From Chiloscyllium plagiosum (taxonomy: Eukaryota): 62,530 bases of DNA. The stretch lies in the NCBI RefSeq assembly GCF_004010195.1, contig NC_057720.1, positions 32,122,590-32,185,119 on the forward strand. The letters run 5' to 3'. Positions 24,845 through 39,006 of the stretch are shown piece after piece (position 1 is the stretch's first letter; each line of letters opens with the position of its first letter). The position numbers and the translations under genes are program-made. The notes under the pieces were generated by a model. That model searched no databases and had not been told where the DNA came from. It saw nothing but the letters and a program-made list of their open reading frames with translations.

Positions 24845-25212
24845 GGGTGGAGTGGCATTGTGGGAAAGTCACTGTAATGTCACAGGAGTAGTAATTCAGA
24901 GTCTCAGGCTAATACGCTGGGAACATGGGTTTTATTCCCACCACAGCAGCTGAATTTCAAATTCAGCTAATATATCTGAACTTTGAAAGCTAGCCTCAGT
25001 AATTGGAATAACAATTGATTGTCTTAATAACTCATTTGATTCATTAATGTCCTTTAAGGAAATCTGCCCTCCTTACTTTGTTTGGCAATGTAGTTGATTC
25101 TTAACTGGCTTCTGAATTGGCATGGTAATGCAACTCATTTCAAGGATGTTAGAGATGTGCAACAAATTCTCATCTTGCCTGCAACACTTACATTGCATGG
25201 AATAATAAAGAA
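24845..25212 (+). mobile_element. Deu-domain-type SINE (SacSINE1-like)
   Basis: tRNA-like head, ttcattaatgtcctttaaggaaatctgcc core, A-rich end. Confidence 0.65.
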
Positions 25213-25947
25213 ATATTTTAGCACAAAATTGAGTTTTGCCTGATGTGAAATTTGAGGGAGATTGCAGTGAACTAAGTAGAGAGAAGTGTTGCTTTACCAA
25301 ATTTCATGTAGGAGTTCAATGCTAAAAATGTGATACGAACTTGGAATCTACCTAAGAGAGATTAATGCCGACAGTGAAAAAATAAGACAAGCAGTGAGAT
25401 TTTCTATTCCAAAGTGGATGAAGCTAATGAAATTGGTCAAAATTTTAGAACAATGGGAGAAATCAAGGGGGTACAGAGTGGTAAAAGTCTATAGCTTTAG
25501 ACAAGATCATACAGACCACATTACTGACCATCAATAAACAAATACAGTCTAAAGATCATTGTCTTTGCTGTTTTGAACTGTCTGGTAACCAGTTGTTACA
25601 ATGCTGTCTCAGCCAGCTAGATGGTGGTAGTTGAGAATCCCTTGTAATAGTATTTTCAAGAACACATTATTATTTCATTGTGGATTTTAGCCAATGGTCA
25701 AGTGAGGCACTAATTCCAAGTGAATTGTCTCTTCATACAGAAGGATAGGAGGGAGTCAAAAGAAAATGCATCCTGACATGCTCATCTCTTAGCATGTGAT
25801 TAAAAAGTGTTGGAAACAAGAAGACTAGAAATCAGTGTCACTAAGAGAACTTGCTAAATTAAACTTTTAAAAATTATTTAATAATTGCATCATTTGTCAG
25901 CAATTTTGTTTTTGATGTCACATACATTTCCTCTATCTCCTCTGCAG

Positions 25948-26030
25948 TATTCGGAATTTACCAGACAAAACTGAAAACAAAACATCAATAAAATGTCCTG
26001 ATGAACCAGAGGTGACTTGTAGGATCCCAG
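25948..26030 (+). CDS. Exon 9 (IRNLPDKTENKTSIKCPDEPEVTCRIP), phase 2->1
   Basis: Acceptor tttcctctatctcctctgcag, donor CAG|gtacgg, 83 nt open. Confidence 0.7.
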
Positions 26031-26451
26031 GTACGGAAGACAGTACTTGGATTCAGTTTTACGGAAGCTTGTAATATATGGAGTCTCACTAGACTAAACT
26101 ATCTTTTTGTTGGAATCACTTCAATGGGTTTAAAAGGAATCATCAAATTCCATTAAAGTGAATGTCTTTTTGTGTAAAAATTAAGTATCTTTCACCCTGA
26201 AAGAAATACTTGGAAGGAGACACAAATTCATATTCTATGTATATTCACCAGTACAAAATTCGAAGACATTATCTTATCTGTTTTCAGATTTTAATAAACA
26301 TAAGTAAAAGTTCTTTAGGATTGTAAAATGCATTCAAAATAGTGATGCCTGGATTTTCTTTCTCAAAACTGTTAATAAGAGAAAACTAGCATAGTATGCT
26401 ATTGATACAATAAATTGTCATTAATTATTACTATCTGTCCTGAACCCACAT

Positions 26452-26501
26452 GGTCGAGAGTGTGATTTTGGCATCTGCAGTCCTCACCTTCTGCTAGTTG
26501 A
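26452..26501 (+). mobile_element. 50-bp family A terminal insertion
   Basis: gcatctgcagtcctcacc end motif. TSD cct(g/c)aacccacat (26439-26451/26502-26514). Confidence 0.55.
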
Positions 26502-27309
26502 CCTCAACCCACATAGTACATTTAAACAGGAGTAGGTCAGAATAATCGAAATGTCTTGTCAATTTCGCCAGTAGGGGCTTTATTGGGCAACGCTACTGTA
26601 GTTGCATTGATGAAAGCAATACTATATCATCCCTAGCAGAGATATTTGATAAAGGAAACTGAAGAACTGGAGAATTTCTCTGACACTGGTTTCCTGATTG
26701 TTTGTGGTCAGGTGCTTCACTGAAGGATACTCCTCCAGTTTATCTCAGAAAATGTAAATTGTAGAGTGGATGAATAATTTTCGGTATGAGTCCTTCACTT
26801 CCTATGCTACAAAAATAAGGTGAACAAGGAAATGGAAGAATATAGATTGAGGAAATGAGAAGACAGTTGATCTGCAAGGTTAATGCCATCCTATATAATT
26901 CTCCATGTGGCCCTACCTGTATTGTTTTATGAGCTAGTGTATTAAAATTATGCTTCCCCGCCCACTCACTTTCCCTTCCCTTCCACATACACTCCTGGGG
27001 ACTTATATCTGTGTCTACAGATTTGCAGCCCATCTTAAAAAGAACCAAAGTCTTGATAATAGCTGTTAAAGTAATTGTATATCACTGGGTGATTCCAGGT
27101 AGCCCTGTGGAAACTGCAATCACAGAAACCAACCAACAAATTCAAGTGGTAGGTATTCTACTTAGGTGGACCTCACACTGTGTTTTCCTTTATGGAGCCT
27201 GCCAAGCATCAAAAACAAAGAGTAAGTTTTCCTCAAGGAGCGGGATTACTCAGATACAGAATGGAAGTTCTGAGACTTGTGTTGAATGCCTGAATGAGCT
27301 CCCACCTTA

Positions 27310-27665
27310 TCATATTTATAGGGTCATACAACATAGAAACAGGCCCTTTGGCCCACCATGTCGATACCAACCAACAAACACCAAACTACACTAATCCCAT
27401 TTACCTGCACTTGGTCCATAGCCTGCTGTACCCTGGCATTTTAAATGTTCACCCAGATGATCCTTAAATGGAGAATATCTATCTCCATCATCCTGTCAAG
27501 CAGAACGTTCCATATTTCTACCACCCTCTGGGTGAAAGCATTCTTTCTTAGATCTCCTCTAAACGAGTTATATCTCACCTTAAACTTATGCCCTCCAGTC
27601 TTAGACAAATCTGCCATGGGGAAGAGATTCTCACAATCTACTCTGTCTATACCTCTCATATTCTT
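27310..27665 (-). mobile_element. CR1 3' end
   Basis: ORF 27441..27659 (FTQRVVEIWN) plus tail. Confidence 0.85.
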
Positions 27666-28103
27666 GAGAAAATGACATTATTCTGTTAATGCACAGTCAG
27701 TCTGTGCCACCAACCATCAGATTTTGTAAGTGGATACTATTAACTAGGAAACTGTCATACTATTCAAGAACCAATTGTGCATACCTTGATGAAGCAGATC
27801 ATTGACTTGCACGGGTTGATTGAACAGTGGAACACCCATGCAGTCTTGCTGGATGTCACCGTTCCCAGGGGTTCTCTGTTTCTTCACTCTGAGCTCCATC
27901 CCCCTGTCCAATAACACAAAGCAAAAATCCAGACATCTCTGTAACATGACACAAATAGTTTTACTTTATAATGGTTTAGTTACACAATTAAATATACATA
28001 CATTTTTAAATTTTGTTTGACTTATTTAATATGAATCTTGCTTCTGGTGCAGAGCAACAACTCTGTTGATGCATCTTTAACTGTAGCAACATTATCTTTA
28101 ACA

Positions 28104-28156
28104 GGTTTTGAGAAGATTTGTAGTTTAGGTTGAGGTTCTGGATGTAGGTTTGTTCT
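28104..28156 (-). mobile_element. 53-bp PLE terminal insertion related to 22723-22937
   Basis: Reverse complement has ctacaaatcttctcaaaac, similar to 22916-22935. 12-bp TSD ttatctttaaca (28092-28103/28157-28168). Confidence 0.55.
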
Positions 28157-28254
28157 TTATCTTTAACAAGTACAATCACCTATGCTTGCTGTTCATCCAG
28201 GCTAGGTTATGTTTACACCCATTACATTGTTACTAAGGATTTTAGAGTCAGGGG

Positions 28255-28645
28255 AGGGAGCCTAGTGTGGAAGATGGTGATGTCATGATAATATCAACAG
28301 ATTCATAATCCAAAGGTTGAGGCTAATAAGTACAAATTCCACCCTGGCAGCCAGTGCAATTAAACATAAGTTAGTTTTTAAAAATCTGGAATTGAAAGCT
28401 AATCTGAGTATTGATGAACATGAAACTATAATCAGCAGTAGGAAAAACCCATTTGGTTCACTAATGTCCTTCAGGGAAAGGAACCTGCTATCCTCACCTG
28501 GTCTGACCTACATATGACTCCAGATGGCTCCACAGCAACTGTCTCTGAAATAGTTTAACAATCCATTTAATTCAAGGGTGCTTAGGGATAGGCAACAAAT
28601 GCTGACCGAGCTAGCCACACCACATTCCATGCAAGTCTAAATGTA
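28255..28645 (+). mobile_element. Deu-domain-type SINE (SacSINE1-like)
   Basis: ggttcactaatgtccttcagggaaaggaacctgctatcctcacctggtctgacctacatatgactccag core. Confidence 0.7.
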
Positions 28646-28674
28646 AAGAGGAATGGGTTGTCATTTTGTGGGCG

Positions 28675-28842
28675 ATAGACTGTCACTGTGAATTCATAGA
28701 CTGTAACTGTGAGGTTGGTAACCTGTCCTGCTATATGGTTGATAGACTGTGTGGTTAGTAGACAGTCAGTGTGAGTTGATAGATTGTCACACTAAGATTA
28801 GTAGACTGCCATTGTGTGGAAATCTGTCACACTGAGGCTAGT
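28675..28842. repeat. Degenerate ~22-bp minisatellite, about 8 units
   Basis: Recurrent tagactgtcactgtgaggttgg-like units. Confidence 0.65.
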
Positions 28843-30239
28843 GGAAGATATTGGATGATGTCTATAACAGCTATCACTTCTCCTTTAGTCTACTAATGAA
28901 TCAAACTCGAATCATAACCTGAGGGTGGACAATATCTCCTTAACAGCCCTGGGCAGATGACTATGGGTCTCTGGAGTCAAGTAGTAGTTCCACTCAGGAC
29001 GAAAGTGATATTGTACTGATGTTGGCCAGTGCCTGTCGGAAGAAAGGAAAACCTCTGCCCGGGGTACTGTAAGCTTTGGAAATTGGAATTAAATTTACAG
29101 TAAATTGCCTGTGCAGTGGAAACAGGGCAATCCCCTTAACCTTTTGCAGGAATCCTTGCTTAAGAACACTGACCTAACCTGCATCCATCAGCATAATACA
29201 TGAGACCATAAGACAATTAAATATAGGGGAAGAACTCGGCCATTCGGCCCATCGAGTCTGCTCCACTATTTGATCATAGCAAATATGTTTCTTCTGCGAT
29301 CTTCCCACAACCCTTGATCTTCTTACTAATCAAGAACCTATCTATCTCTTGTCTTAAATACACTCTGTAAGTTGGCCTCCACAGCCTTTTCAGCAATGAG
29401 TTCCATAGACTCACCACCTCTGGCTAAAGACATTTCTCCTCATATCAGTTCCAAAAAATTGTCCCTTCACTCTGAGGCTGTGCCCACAGTTCTTAGTCTC
29501 TCCTAAGAATGGAAACAGCTCCTCCATGTCCACTCTATTCAGGTGTCTCAGTATCCTGTAAGACTCAATGAGATCCCCCCGCATCCTTCTAAGCTCCATC
29601 AAGTACAGACCCAGAGTCCTCAACTGATCCTCATATGACAAGTCCTTCATTCCTGAAATCTTTCTTGTATAAACCTCCTCTGGGCTTCCTCCAAAGCCAG
29701 CACATCCTTCCTTAGATATTGGGCCCAAAACTGCTCCTAATATTCCAAATGCAATCTGACTAGAGCCTTATATTGCCTCAGCAGTACACCTCTGCTGTTG
29801 TATTTTAGCCCTCTCATTTGCCTTCCCAACTAACTATAGATCCTGCATGATAATGTTAAGAGAATCCTGAACAAGATCTTCTGTCCCTTCGTACATCAGA
29901 TTTCCAAAGCCTTTCCCCATTTAGAAAATAGTCCATGCCTCTCTTCCCACATTGTACTCCATCTGCCACTTCTTTGTCCACTCTCCTAGCGTCTGTCCAA
30001 GTCTTTCTGCAGTCTCCCTATTTCTCAGCATTACTTGTCCCTCCTCCTTTCTTTGTGTCATCTGCAAACTTAGCCCTCACCTCATTTGTCCAGATCATTA
30101 ATATATAATGTGAATAGTTGTGGCCCCAACACTAGTGGAACTCCACTAGTCACCTGCTGCCATCTTGAAAATTACCCCATTACCCCTTCTGTCAGTCAGC
30201 CAATCTTCTATCCATGCCAGTACCTTGTGCCTAACTCCA

Positions 30240-32650
30240 TGTGCAGGATATAGAGGAGAGAAAATGTAGACAGATATTGGAAAGATGTAAAAAACAGCAG
30301 GGTTGTTGTGGTGGGTGATTTTAACTTCCCCTATATTGACTGGGATTCACTCCGTGCTAGGGGCCTGGATGGAGCAGAATTTGTGAGGACCATTTAGGAG
30401 GGTTTCTTGACATAATATGTAAACAGTTCAACCAGGGAATGGTTTATACCGGACCTGGTTTTGGAAAGTGAGCCTGGCCAGGTGAGTGAAGTTTCACTGG
30501 GGGAGCATTTCAGGACCATAATACCATGAGTTTTAAAATATTTATCAATAGGAATAAACAGTCCTTGGGTGAAGTTGTTAAATTGGAGGAAGGTGAATTA
30601 CAACAATATTAGGAAGGGACTGGAGAGTGCTGATCGGAGGCGGCTATTTGAAGGTAAATCCTCGTCAGATGTGTGGGAGTATTTCAAATAGCAGTTGATA
30701 CAAGTTCAGGAGCGGCAAGTTCCTGTGGAAATGAAGGATAGATATGGCAAACTTTGTGAACCTTGGATGATCTTGGTCAAAAAGAAAAAGGAAGCATACG
30801 TAGATCATGGAAAATGGGAAATGAGGAAACCCTTGAAGTATATAAGGCAAGTAGGAAAGAACTTAAACAAGGAATTAGAAGGGCTAAAAGGGGGTCATGA
30901 AAAGTCATTAGCAAACTGATTAAGGAGAATCCCAAGGCTTTTTATACAGACATATAAAAAGGGTAGCCAGGGAAAAGCATGGCCCACTCAACAACAAAGG
31001 AGGGAACCTATATGTGGAGCCAGAAGTGATAGGTGAGGTCCTAAACAAAGCTTTGCATCAGAATTCAACAAAAAGAAGAGGTTTGTGAGGAAGATTTCAG
31101 GGAAGGAAGTGTTGAGTTGCTATTAATAAGAATAGGTGATGTGCATCTCAAAAAGTAATAAAATAGATAAATCCCCAGGTTCTGATGGGATCTTTGCCGG
31201 AATATTGAGGGAGGCAAAAGAACAAATTGCTGGAGCAATGACATATTTGTTTCCTCTTTGGCCACAGGTGAGGTCCCAGAGGATGTTGTCCCATTGTTTC
31301 AGAAAGGTAAAAAAGATAATCCTAGAAATTACAGGCCTGAGTGTCTCACATTGATGGTAGGGAAATTATTGGAAAAGATTCTCAGGGATAGGATCTATAC
31401 ACATTTAGAAGCAAAAGGACTTATTAGCGATAGACAAAATGGTTTTGTGCGGGGAACGTCATGGCTCACTAACTTCATAGTTTATTGAGGTGGTAACAAA
31501 GATGGTTGATGAGGGAAAAGCGTTTGATGTTGTCTGCATGGACTTCAGTAAAGCCTTTGATAAGATCCCTCATGGCAAACTGGTACAAAAGGTGAAGTTC
31601 CATGATATCAGGGGTGAGCTGATGCTTTTTGGAATGGAGGGTTGTGACTAGTGATGTTCCACAGGGATCAGTGCTGGGACCTCTGCTGTTCATCATCTAC
31701 ATAAGTCTTGGGAGAAAAAAATAGCTGGTCTAATTAGTACGTTTGCAGATGATACAAAGATTTGTGGAGTTGCAGATAATGAGGAGGATTGTCAGAGGAT
31801 GTAGCAGGATATAAATCAGTTGGAGGCATGGGCAGAAAAGTGGCACATGGAGTGTAATCCAGACAAATATAAGGTGGTGCATTTTAGAAGGTCAAGTACA
31901 GGGGGAAATTATACAGTGAATGGCAGAACTCTTAGGAGTATTGATATGCAGAGGGATTTGGATGTGTAGGGCCACAGATCACTGAACGTGGAAGCGCAGA
32001 AAGAGAAGGTGGGATAAAAGGCTTATGGCATGCTTGCCTTCATTGGAAGGTGCATTGAGTATAAGGATAGACAAGTTATGCTGCAGCTTTGCAGAACTAT
32101 AGTTAGGCCAAACTTGGAATATTGCATACAGTTCTGGTCACCATACTACCAGAAGGATGTGGATGCTTTGGAGGGGGTACAGAAAAGGTTTTCCTGATAT
32201 GGGGGATTTTAGCAAAAATAAAGGTTGGATAGACCAGGTTTGTTTTCACTGGAATGTAGGAGAGTGAGGGGTGACCTGATAGAAATTTATAAGATTGTGA
32301 ATGTGACGGATAGAGTGGAAAGTATGAGGCTTTTTTCCCAGGATGGAGGGGTCAATTACTAGGGGACACAGTTTCAAGATGTGAGGGGGCAAGTTTGAAA
32401 AAGATGTGCAAGGCAGGTTTTTCACACAAAGGGTGGTCAGTGCCTGGAATGTGCTGCCAGAGGGCATGGTGGAAGCAGACACAATAGCAGCATTCAAGAA
32501 GCACCTGGATGAAAACATGAATAGGAAGGGAAAAGAGGGATACGGATCCTGTAAGTGAGGACAGTTTTAGAATGGAAGGGCAAAATGTGTTGGCACAGGA
32601 TTGGAGGGTTGAAGGGCCTGTTGCTGTGCTATATTGTTCTTTGTTCTTAT
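30240..32650 (+). mobile_element. CR1 LINE ORF2, about 2.4 kb, degraded
   Basis: VVGDFNFP endonuclease motif through RT to the gggcctgttgctgtgctatattgttct tail. Confidence 0.9.
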
Positions 32651-32772
32651 CTTGTTTTGCTGCCTCCTGTGTGGCACCTTGTCATAGCCCTTCTGGAACC
32701 CAAATAGATCATGTCCAATGGCCGTCCATTGTCCAACTTACTCATTACCTCCACAAAGAATTCCAACAGATT

Positions 32773-32978
32773 TGGAGAAAGTGAGGACTGCAAATGCTGG
32801 TGATCAGATTCAAAATGTGTGGCGCTGGAAAAGCACATCCAGTCAGGCAGCATCCGAGGAGTAAGAGAGTCAACATTTTGAGCACAAGCTTTTCATCAGA
32901 GCTTATGCTCGAAACGTCAACTCTCCTGCTCCTCGGATGCTGCCTGATTGGCTATGCTTTTCCAGCACCTCATTTCTT
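32773..32978. mobile_element. Palindromic family A element nested in CR1
   Basis: Inverted arms with hammerhead remnants at the centre. 14-bp TSD aattc(c/t)aacagatt (32759-32772/32979-32992). Confidence 0.7.
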
Positions 32979-33479
32979 AATTCTAACAGATTGACCTTCC
33001 GTTGATGAAACCGTGCCTACTCAGACCTGCGTTAGTATGCACTTCCAAATACACCACCTTAATAATAGACTCTAAAGTCTTACCAAAGGCTGAGATCAGG
33101 CTAACCGGCCTATAGTTTCCTATCCCTCCCTTCTTAAATAGAAGTGTTACATTAGCCACTTTCCAGTCTTCTGGAACCCTTCCTGACTCCAATGATTCCT
33201 GAAAGATCACCACCAATACCCGTACAATCTCCTTAGCTATGTCCTTCTGACCTCTGGGGTGCAGTTCACCTGGACTGGGCAATTATCCACCTTCCCCAGC
33301 ACCTTCTCCTTAGTGATGGCCACTGCACTCACATCTGCCCCCTGACTCTTGAAACTGCGGTATGTGGAATTCCCCAGGATCCAGCGAAATTACTACAGAG
33401 AAAACAATTAAAATGCTGAAACCCCATTTTGCTTGTTTTGATAGATCTAGTGGATCTTTGTAGCACAATGCAGAAAGGA

Positions 33480-36400
33480 TTTCACAAACGATCATTACCT
33501 GTTGAATTCTGTACAACTGTATACCTTTTGTACAGCTTAGGAAGCGAATGAGGAAGTAGGTGAAGAAAAAGACTCTTTGTCACCAAATCATATAAATGTT
33601 AACCAGGAAAGTGAAACAGAGTTTCTGAGAAATCTGTTGTCAATTGTTAGAGTCAAAATGGCAGGAAATAATCCACAATTATTCTTAATGAAGAACAATC
33701 AGGGCTTTCATACCATACCATGAGATATTGAAGGAGCTCCATGGAAAAATCTTTGACCCTTTCAGAGATAAGTGTACTCTTTACTGTATTACCATAAAGA
33801 ACAAGGGACCATTTTATTCCACCATCATAATGCACAAATACACACTTTAGCTAACAATTTTCATCTTCATTTATTATAGTATGTCACACAAAATCATTTT
33901 AGCTTCTAAATAACATGACCATTCATGCTGCCTAGTTTGTTACGAACATCCATTCCTAACCTTTCAATTCAACACCAGCTCCTTCAATGTCAGGACAGTG
34001 CCTTGGATGCTTCTGCTAGTGACTCCAGTGACTGAGGTCCCAGTGATATCGCTGACCCTGATTAGCATCACCGGGCTGTAAATATCTTTCGTTTGCAAGA
34101 AGTACTTATTTGTATTGAAGTTTCTTTGTATTGAAATCATCAAGTTCAATCCCATATCTCTGCTCCCACATCAACCCAATCCAGTTGGTAACTAGAATTA
34201 TCTTCAAGAAACTTTTAAAAGATTGCAAAGCACTTATTTGTTTCAGTTTGATTGACATCAGTCTGTGGTGAAATGGCATTAATTTGTTCATTTTCTTTTT
34301 AACAAACTCAAAGCTGTAGGAGATTATATTCTCACTACGCCACGCATGATGGGCTATATTGTAAGTCTCCCAGATCCATTTGTTGCAGAGGTCAGAATGG
34401 ATGTTGTCGGTAAGCAACTAATTAGACTTTTACCAAGATCAGTATAAAAATAGAATTGGATTGAATACAGCGATCTCATCATTACTGAAGACCTAGCATT
34501 CTGAATAGAGTTGTATTATTTACACATTAGCCTCTGGGATCCAGATTTGAATCGGTTGATGCTGATGGGATAAAGGATTTCTGTCTATGTTGCTGTAGGA
34601 AATGACTTTGGACAGCCTTGACCTAATGAGCATTAGGTCACATCATTAAGCTGCCTTATTTAGATCTATGCCAGCAACTTTTAAATCATCACCATTGATG
34701 AAAGAAAAATCATTTCTGCTTCCATAAATTAAGATAATCTAGTTTGAGATAATCAGCAAAAGAATCTGAGGAAAGATGACTTATTTTTTAGAAAGCAAAT
34801 AGCTATGATTTGGAAGTCAGCGCCTGAAATGCATTGGCAGTAGATTCGCAATAACTCTCACTGTGCATTGAAAGAAACAGGATTTGCAGGACTGTGGGGG
34901 AAGAATGGTATTAATTGTATAGGTCCTTCAAAAAGCCCAGCCAGGCATAATGAGCTGAATGGCCTCCTCCTGTACTATAAGCTTCAATGAAACAGGTTCT
35001 CACAGAAACAACTGATCCCTGTGGAAATTTCACTTTCACTGAATTTGGCACAACTAACTGTGTATTATTTTTGTTGGAACTTTCAAATCACTGATTGAAC
35101 ACTGAGCTCAGCAATGCAAAGGTCTCTCTCTCTCTCTCTCTCTCCTCTCCAAGGCTAGTTCTCAGGAACTCTTTCTGTTTCCCACAGTTGCTGATGTCAA
35201 GGTCTCCCAGTTACCAGCTGCAGCCTTTCATACTAAGATAGCCGCCAATTTGGTTTGGTAGTTTTGCCCACACACCCCACAACTTGCACTTACTCAATGG
35301 CACTGGTTTTCCAAAGGCTGCAGGCCCATTTTTCACCCGTTAATAGTGTCCAGATAATTTTGTGGGGCAACACTGATTGCCTCCTTTTTCTTTGTATTCA
35401 TGTTCATCTGCTTCAACAGCACATGCAGTCTGTGAATAATATCAATAGCTGAAGGCTCCCCAAACAAGTTCATTTTGAACTCTTTAATAACATAGATTTG
35501 TCTTCTGAATGGATTAGGTAGGATTCCCTCAGGGTTGCCTTCACCCGTGCTCCGGCCACCTTCCCTCCCTCCAAAGTGCACTGACATAGCTGTCACGAAA
35601 CTGACACACTGTCTGGGACTGGGACTTTCATCCATGCCTTGCCTGCCTCCATGTCTAACCTGGTGGGACTCAAAATTTCAGACCCCCTTAAATTTTGTTG
35701 CTCCAATTCATAAGACATGTTACTTTTCATCAATTTTCAAGATATCAAATATCCATTTTGGCAACACATTCTCATTTACTTTTTTGCCTTTCCATAGTCA
35801 GAAACAAGTATTTTCACCAGCTGATTTAGTCACGGTTGAAGGCAGCCTTGTGAATTTTATAGTTCACCTGCTAAGATATCAGTTAAGTGCTATTTGGAAA
35901 AAGATGCATGAAGCTAGTTAAGGCCACAATAAGGAAGAGTAAATGTTTATAAATTTTTAAAATCCACCCATCCCTTCCTTGAATTACTAGAGCCTAACCT
36001 AATATATATGTGATTATGGTCCTCACATCCGCCAATATAACTTCACAACTTTTGGAATATTGTGTGTAATTCTGGTCTCCCTCCTGCTAAAAGGATATTA
36101 TGAAACTTGAAAGGGTTCAGAAAAGATTTACAAGGATGTTGCCAGGGTTGGAGGATTTGAGCTACAGGGAGAGGGTGAATAGGCTGGTGCTGTTTTCCCT
36201 GGAGCGTCAGAGGCTGAGGAGTGACTTTAGAGAGGTTTGTAAAATCACAAGGGCCTTGTATAGGATAAATAGACAAGGTCTTCACCCTGGGATGGGCGAG
36301 TCCAGAACTGGAGGGCCTAGGTTTAGGGTGAGAGGGGAAAAATTTGAAATGAACCTTGGGCAATGTTTTCATGCAGAGGCTGGTGCTTGTATGGAATGCG

Positions 36401-38330
36401 CTGCCAGAGGAAGTGGAAGAGGCTAGTATGATTACAAAATTTAAAAGGCATCTCGATGGGTATATGAGGGATTTGGGCCAAGTGCTGGCAAATGGAGACT
36501 AGACTGGGTTGGGATATCTGGTTGGCATGGATGAGTTGGACCAAAGGGTCTGTTTCCATGCTCCACATCTCTATGACTCTCTGACTCTAATTGCAAATAT
36601 GGAAAATGGATTTTTTGGCTAGATTAACCCAGCCACCATTTTTATGACCATGTTCAATAAACATGTTAAGTCTTCATGATTCCTAGCCTGGCACTTGCAT
36701 CTTCCATCAATAACTTCAGATTTATAAGAAGGGTGATCTTTCCATCTGTTTAAACTAATCACCTTGTTGTTAAATACTTTATTTTATATGGTTGTAAACC
36801 AACATTGCTGAAACTAACTAATTGGATCATTCTTGCATTGATAATTAGAACAAATTTGACCAAAACACAAGAATTATTATACTTCAAACAGTATTGACCA
36901 TGAAGCATTTTCATACTACTTAAAGTTGTGAGAACTGCTATGTAAATATATATTATTTTTCTTTGCATTTGGCAAAATTTTAATTATGGAACATTTATTG
37001 AAATAGCTAACACCAGTTCCAAATTTAATGATCACAAACATTATATCTACATGGATCTACGACAGCTAGAATGGAATGAAACACAAAGCTACTGGAAACC
37101 AAAAATTGCAATGAGACACCGGTAAATCTATCCATAGCTTATTATTTATAATGTTTGCAATATAAAAAACATGTCAAGAAGAAAGTACTTCAATCATTTT
37201 CACAATTTCTAGCCAAGCAGATTTTGCCCTCTGTGCTTTTATGTGTTATTTATTCTAACATTACTGCAATTCTGCGATACATCAGAGAATTTGATCTCTC
37301 TTATTTATCTTTGTTGCATTCATGTTGCTGCATCTCTAATTTTTTTTGTAATTTTTGCTTTCGCACTTTCTCTGTCAGTGTTTTTTTTTGTTTCTTTAGT
37401 TCTCCTGTGCTGCTTTATTTTCACTTTCTACTTCTTTCATGTCAGCAGTTTTGGTCAAAAATGATATCAAGAGTTGCAGAGTGAAATTCTCCATTTCCAA
37501 AAGGGTTTCCTTCTAAAACCATTTTCCTCATCAGTCATGCTGATTCTCTCTGTTTGATCTTATCATTGTACTTCCTCACCCCTTCCTAACATTCGTTACC
37601 ATTGCTTACGCTACTTAAGTTTCATTGCTATTCCCCTCTGATCCACATTCAGTACCCAATACCTGTGTCCTTCCATCACTATCATTTATACAACTTCACC
37701 CTCCAAAGACTTCTCTTTTATGCAGCCTCCTCACTATTACTGTCAACCTATTGAGTTTAACTTCCAGGATGAATCACTTGCTTTCAAAATTCAACTTAAA
37801 CATTTAAATGTCGGCAAATTTAGATAATTGTAAATCTATTTGTCTGGACCTCTCTATCTAGTTCTTTATCTCTTTCTCTGTTATCTTTACACTCTTTGGT
37901 CTGTTCTGAATTAAAGGACTGAATAAGATTTCCTTGAAGAAATCAGGGCCAAATTTAATCTCTAACTTTTCTTCAAATACTTTTGAGAAACAAAATGAGT
38001 ACAAATCATATTTAAGTGTTGACCTTTGACCCAACCTCTTCCTTATGCTGCTTCTAGATGACCTTATCTGCATGCCCAGCTTCTACACATGCACAAATGA
38101 TTTCTACAAATATCTTTGGACCATCTAGCATGACCCATGCATTGCCTCTATCAAACTGCTTGTCTGATATCCAGTAATTGATGAGCCGCATTTTCCTCCA
38201 GCTGAATATTGGAACAATTAAAGCTATTAACCCAACTTTTGCAATCAGCATTGAAGCAAGAGTGTTTGTAGCTGGCCTCAAAGAATGTTGCCTTTAAAGA
38301 TTGAGTGATAGCTTTGGCATGGATTTTGTC
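33480..38330 (-). mobile_element. Very degraded, fragmented Gypsy-like element (gag about 37850-38330, RT pieces about 35690-36750, RNaseH-integrase about 33480-34440)
   Basis: Remnant motifs in the expected order: IQLEEN, CACVEAGH, ELDDFNTKKLQ, IIVDYF. Confidence 0.4.
36020..36590 (+). mobile_element. CR1 3' end
   Basis: LERVQKRFTRMLPGL. (tatgactc)n tail. Confidence 0.9.
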
Positions 38331-38911
38331 CTTACCCGATGCTAGTTTAAATCAGATGCTATGATATGGGATCTCTTGGTGTACAGCAGCAGTGAATCCA
38401 GCAGGCAGGTATATTGGTAACTAAACATGCTGAAATATTTCAGCAAACCGGCCAATCAATCAATTTATAAGTATCACTAAATTCAATGTAAATTTTCAGT
38501 AATAAGATAATCGATTGCAAGTAAATTAAAATAAAGATTAATGCATTAATTTCTAAAGTGATAAAACTATTAAAATTGATAGCAAATTAAATTGTGAAAT
38601 TTTGTATAATTTTGGTAAAAATTGACATTCCACAACTACAAAATTAGTTTTTCAGGGCCAGTGAGAATATTTAGCAGAAATTACGAAACTCACATCCCAT
38701 TTAAAAACCCATTCACACTTCATTCAAAAAGGCACGTTTTTGCCACAAGTGTAACAGTGTATGAGTCAAATTTCAATTCAGCTGATTTCCTTTAAATGTG
38801 GTGTGCAGCTAGGGCTCACCCTCCAGAGAAGCATATAATCACAGCTAGCTAATTCGTAGTTTTGAGATTACTGTACATGCGTGTAGCCCGAAGTTGATGT
38901 CAGTTTCAGTG

Positions 38912-39006
38912 TCCACAATCACCTGATGAAGGAGCAGTGCTTCGAAAGTTAGTGCTTCCAAATAAACCTATTGGACTATAACCTGGTGTTGTGTAATTTT
39001 TAACCT
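38912..39006 (+). mobile_element. Short Penelope-like fragment, same family as 20345-20790
   Basis: Reverse-complement match to 20385-20480. Hammerhead present. Confidence 0.7.
38920..38954 (+). ncRNA. Minimal type-I hammerhead ribozyme motif, core intact
   Basis: CAC-CUGAUGA-A-GGAGC-AGU-GCUUC-GAAA-GU-UA-GUG. Same family as 20438-20472. Confidence 0.7.

Larger units (their letters stand above)
29205..33375 (-). mobile_element. CR1 LINE (minus) split by a + strand CR1 at 30240-32650
   Basis: RT motifs at 29205-30240 resume collinearly at about 32645-33375 (EDWKVANVTLLFKKG, NYRPVSL). Confidence 0.85.

Noticed and set aside
25995..26010. Isolated CTGATGA (also near 49657 and 50047)
   Set aside because: No complete hammerhead arrangement of stem II, GAAA and stem I, so a chance heptamer.
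28675..28842. Repeat array as possible CRISPR
   Set aside because: Degenerate contiguous units with no unique spacers and no cas genes, in a vertebrate context.
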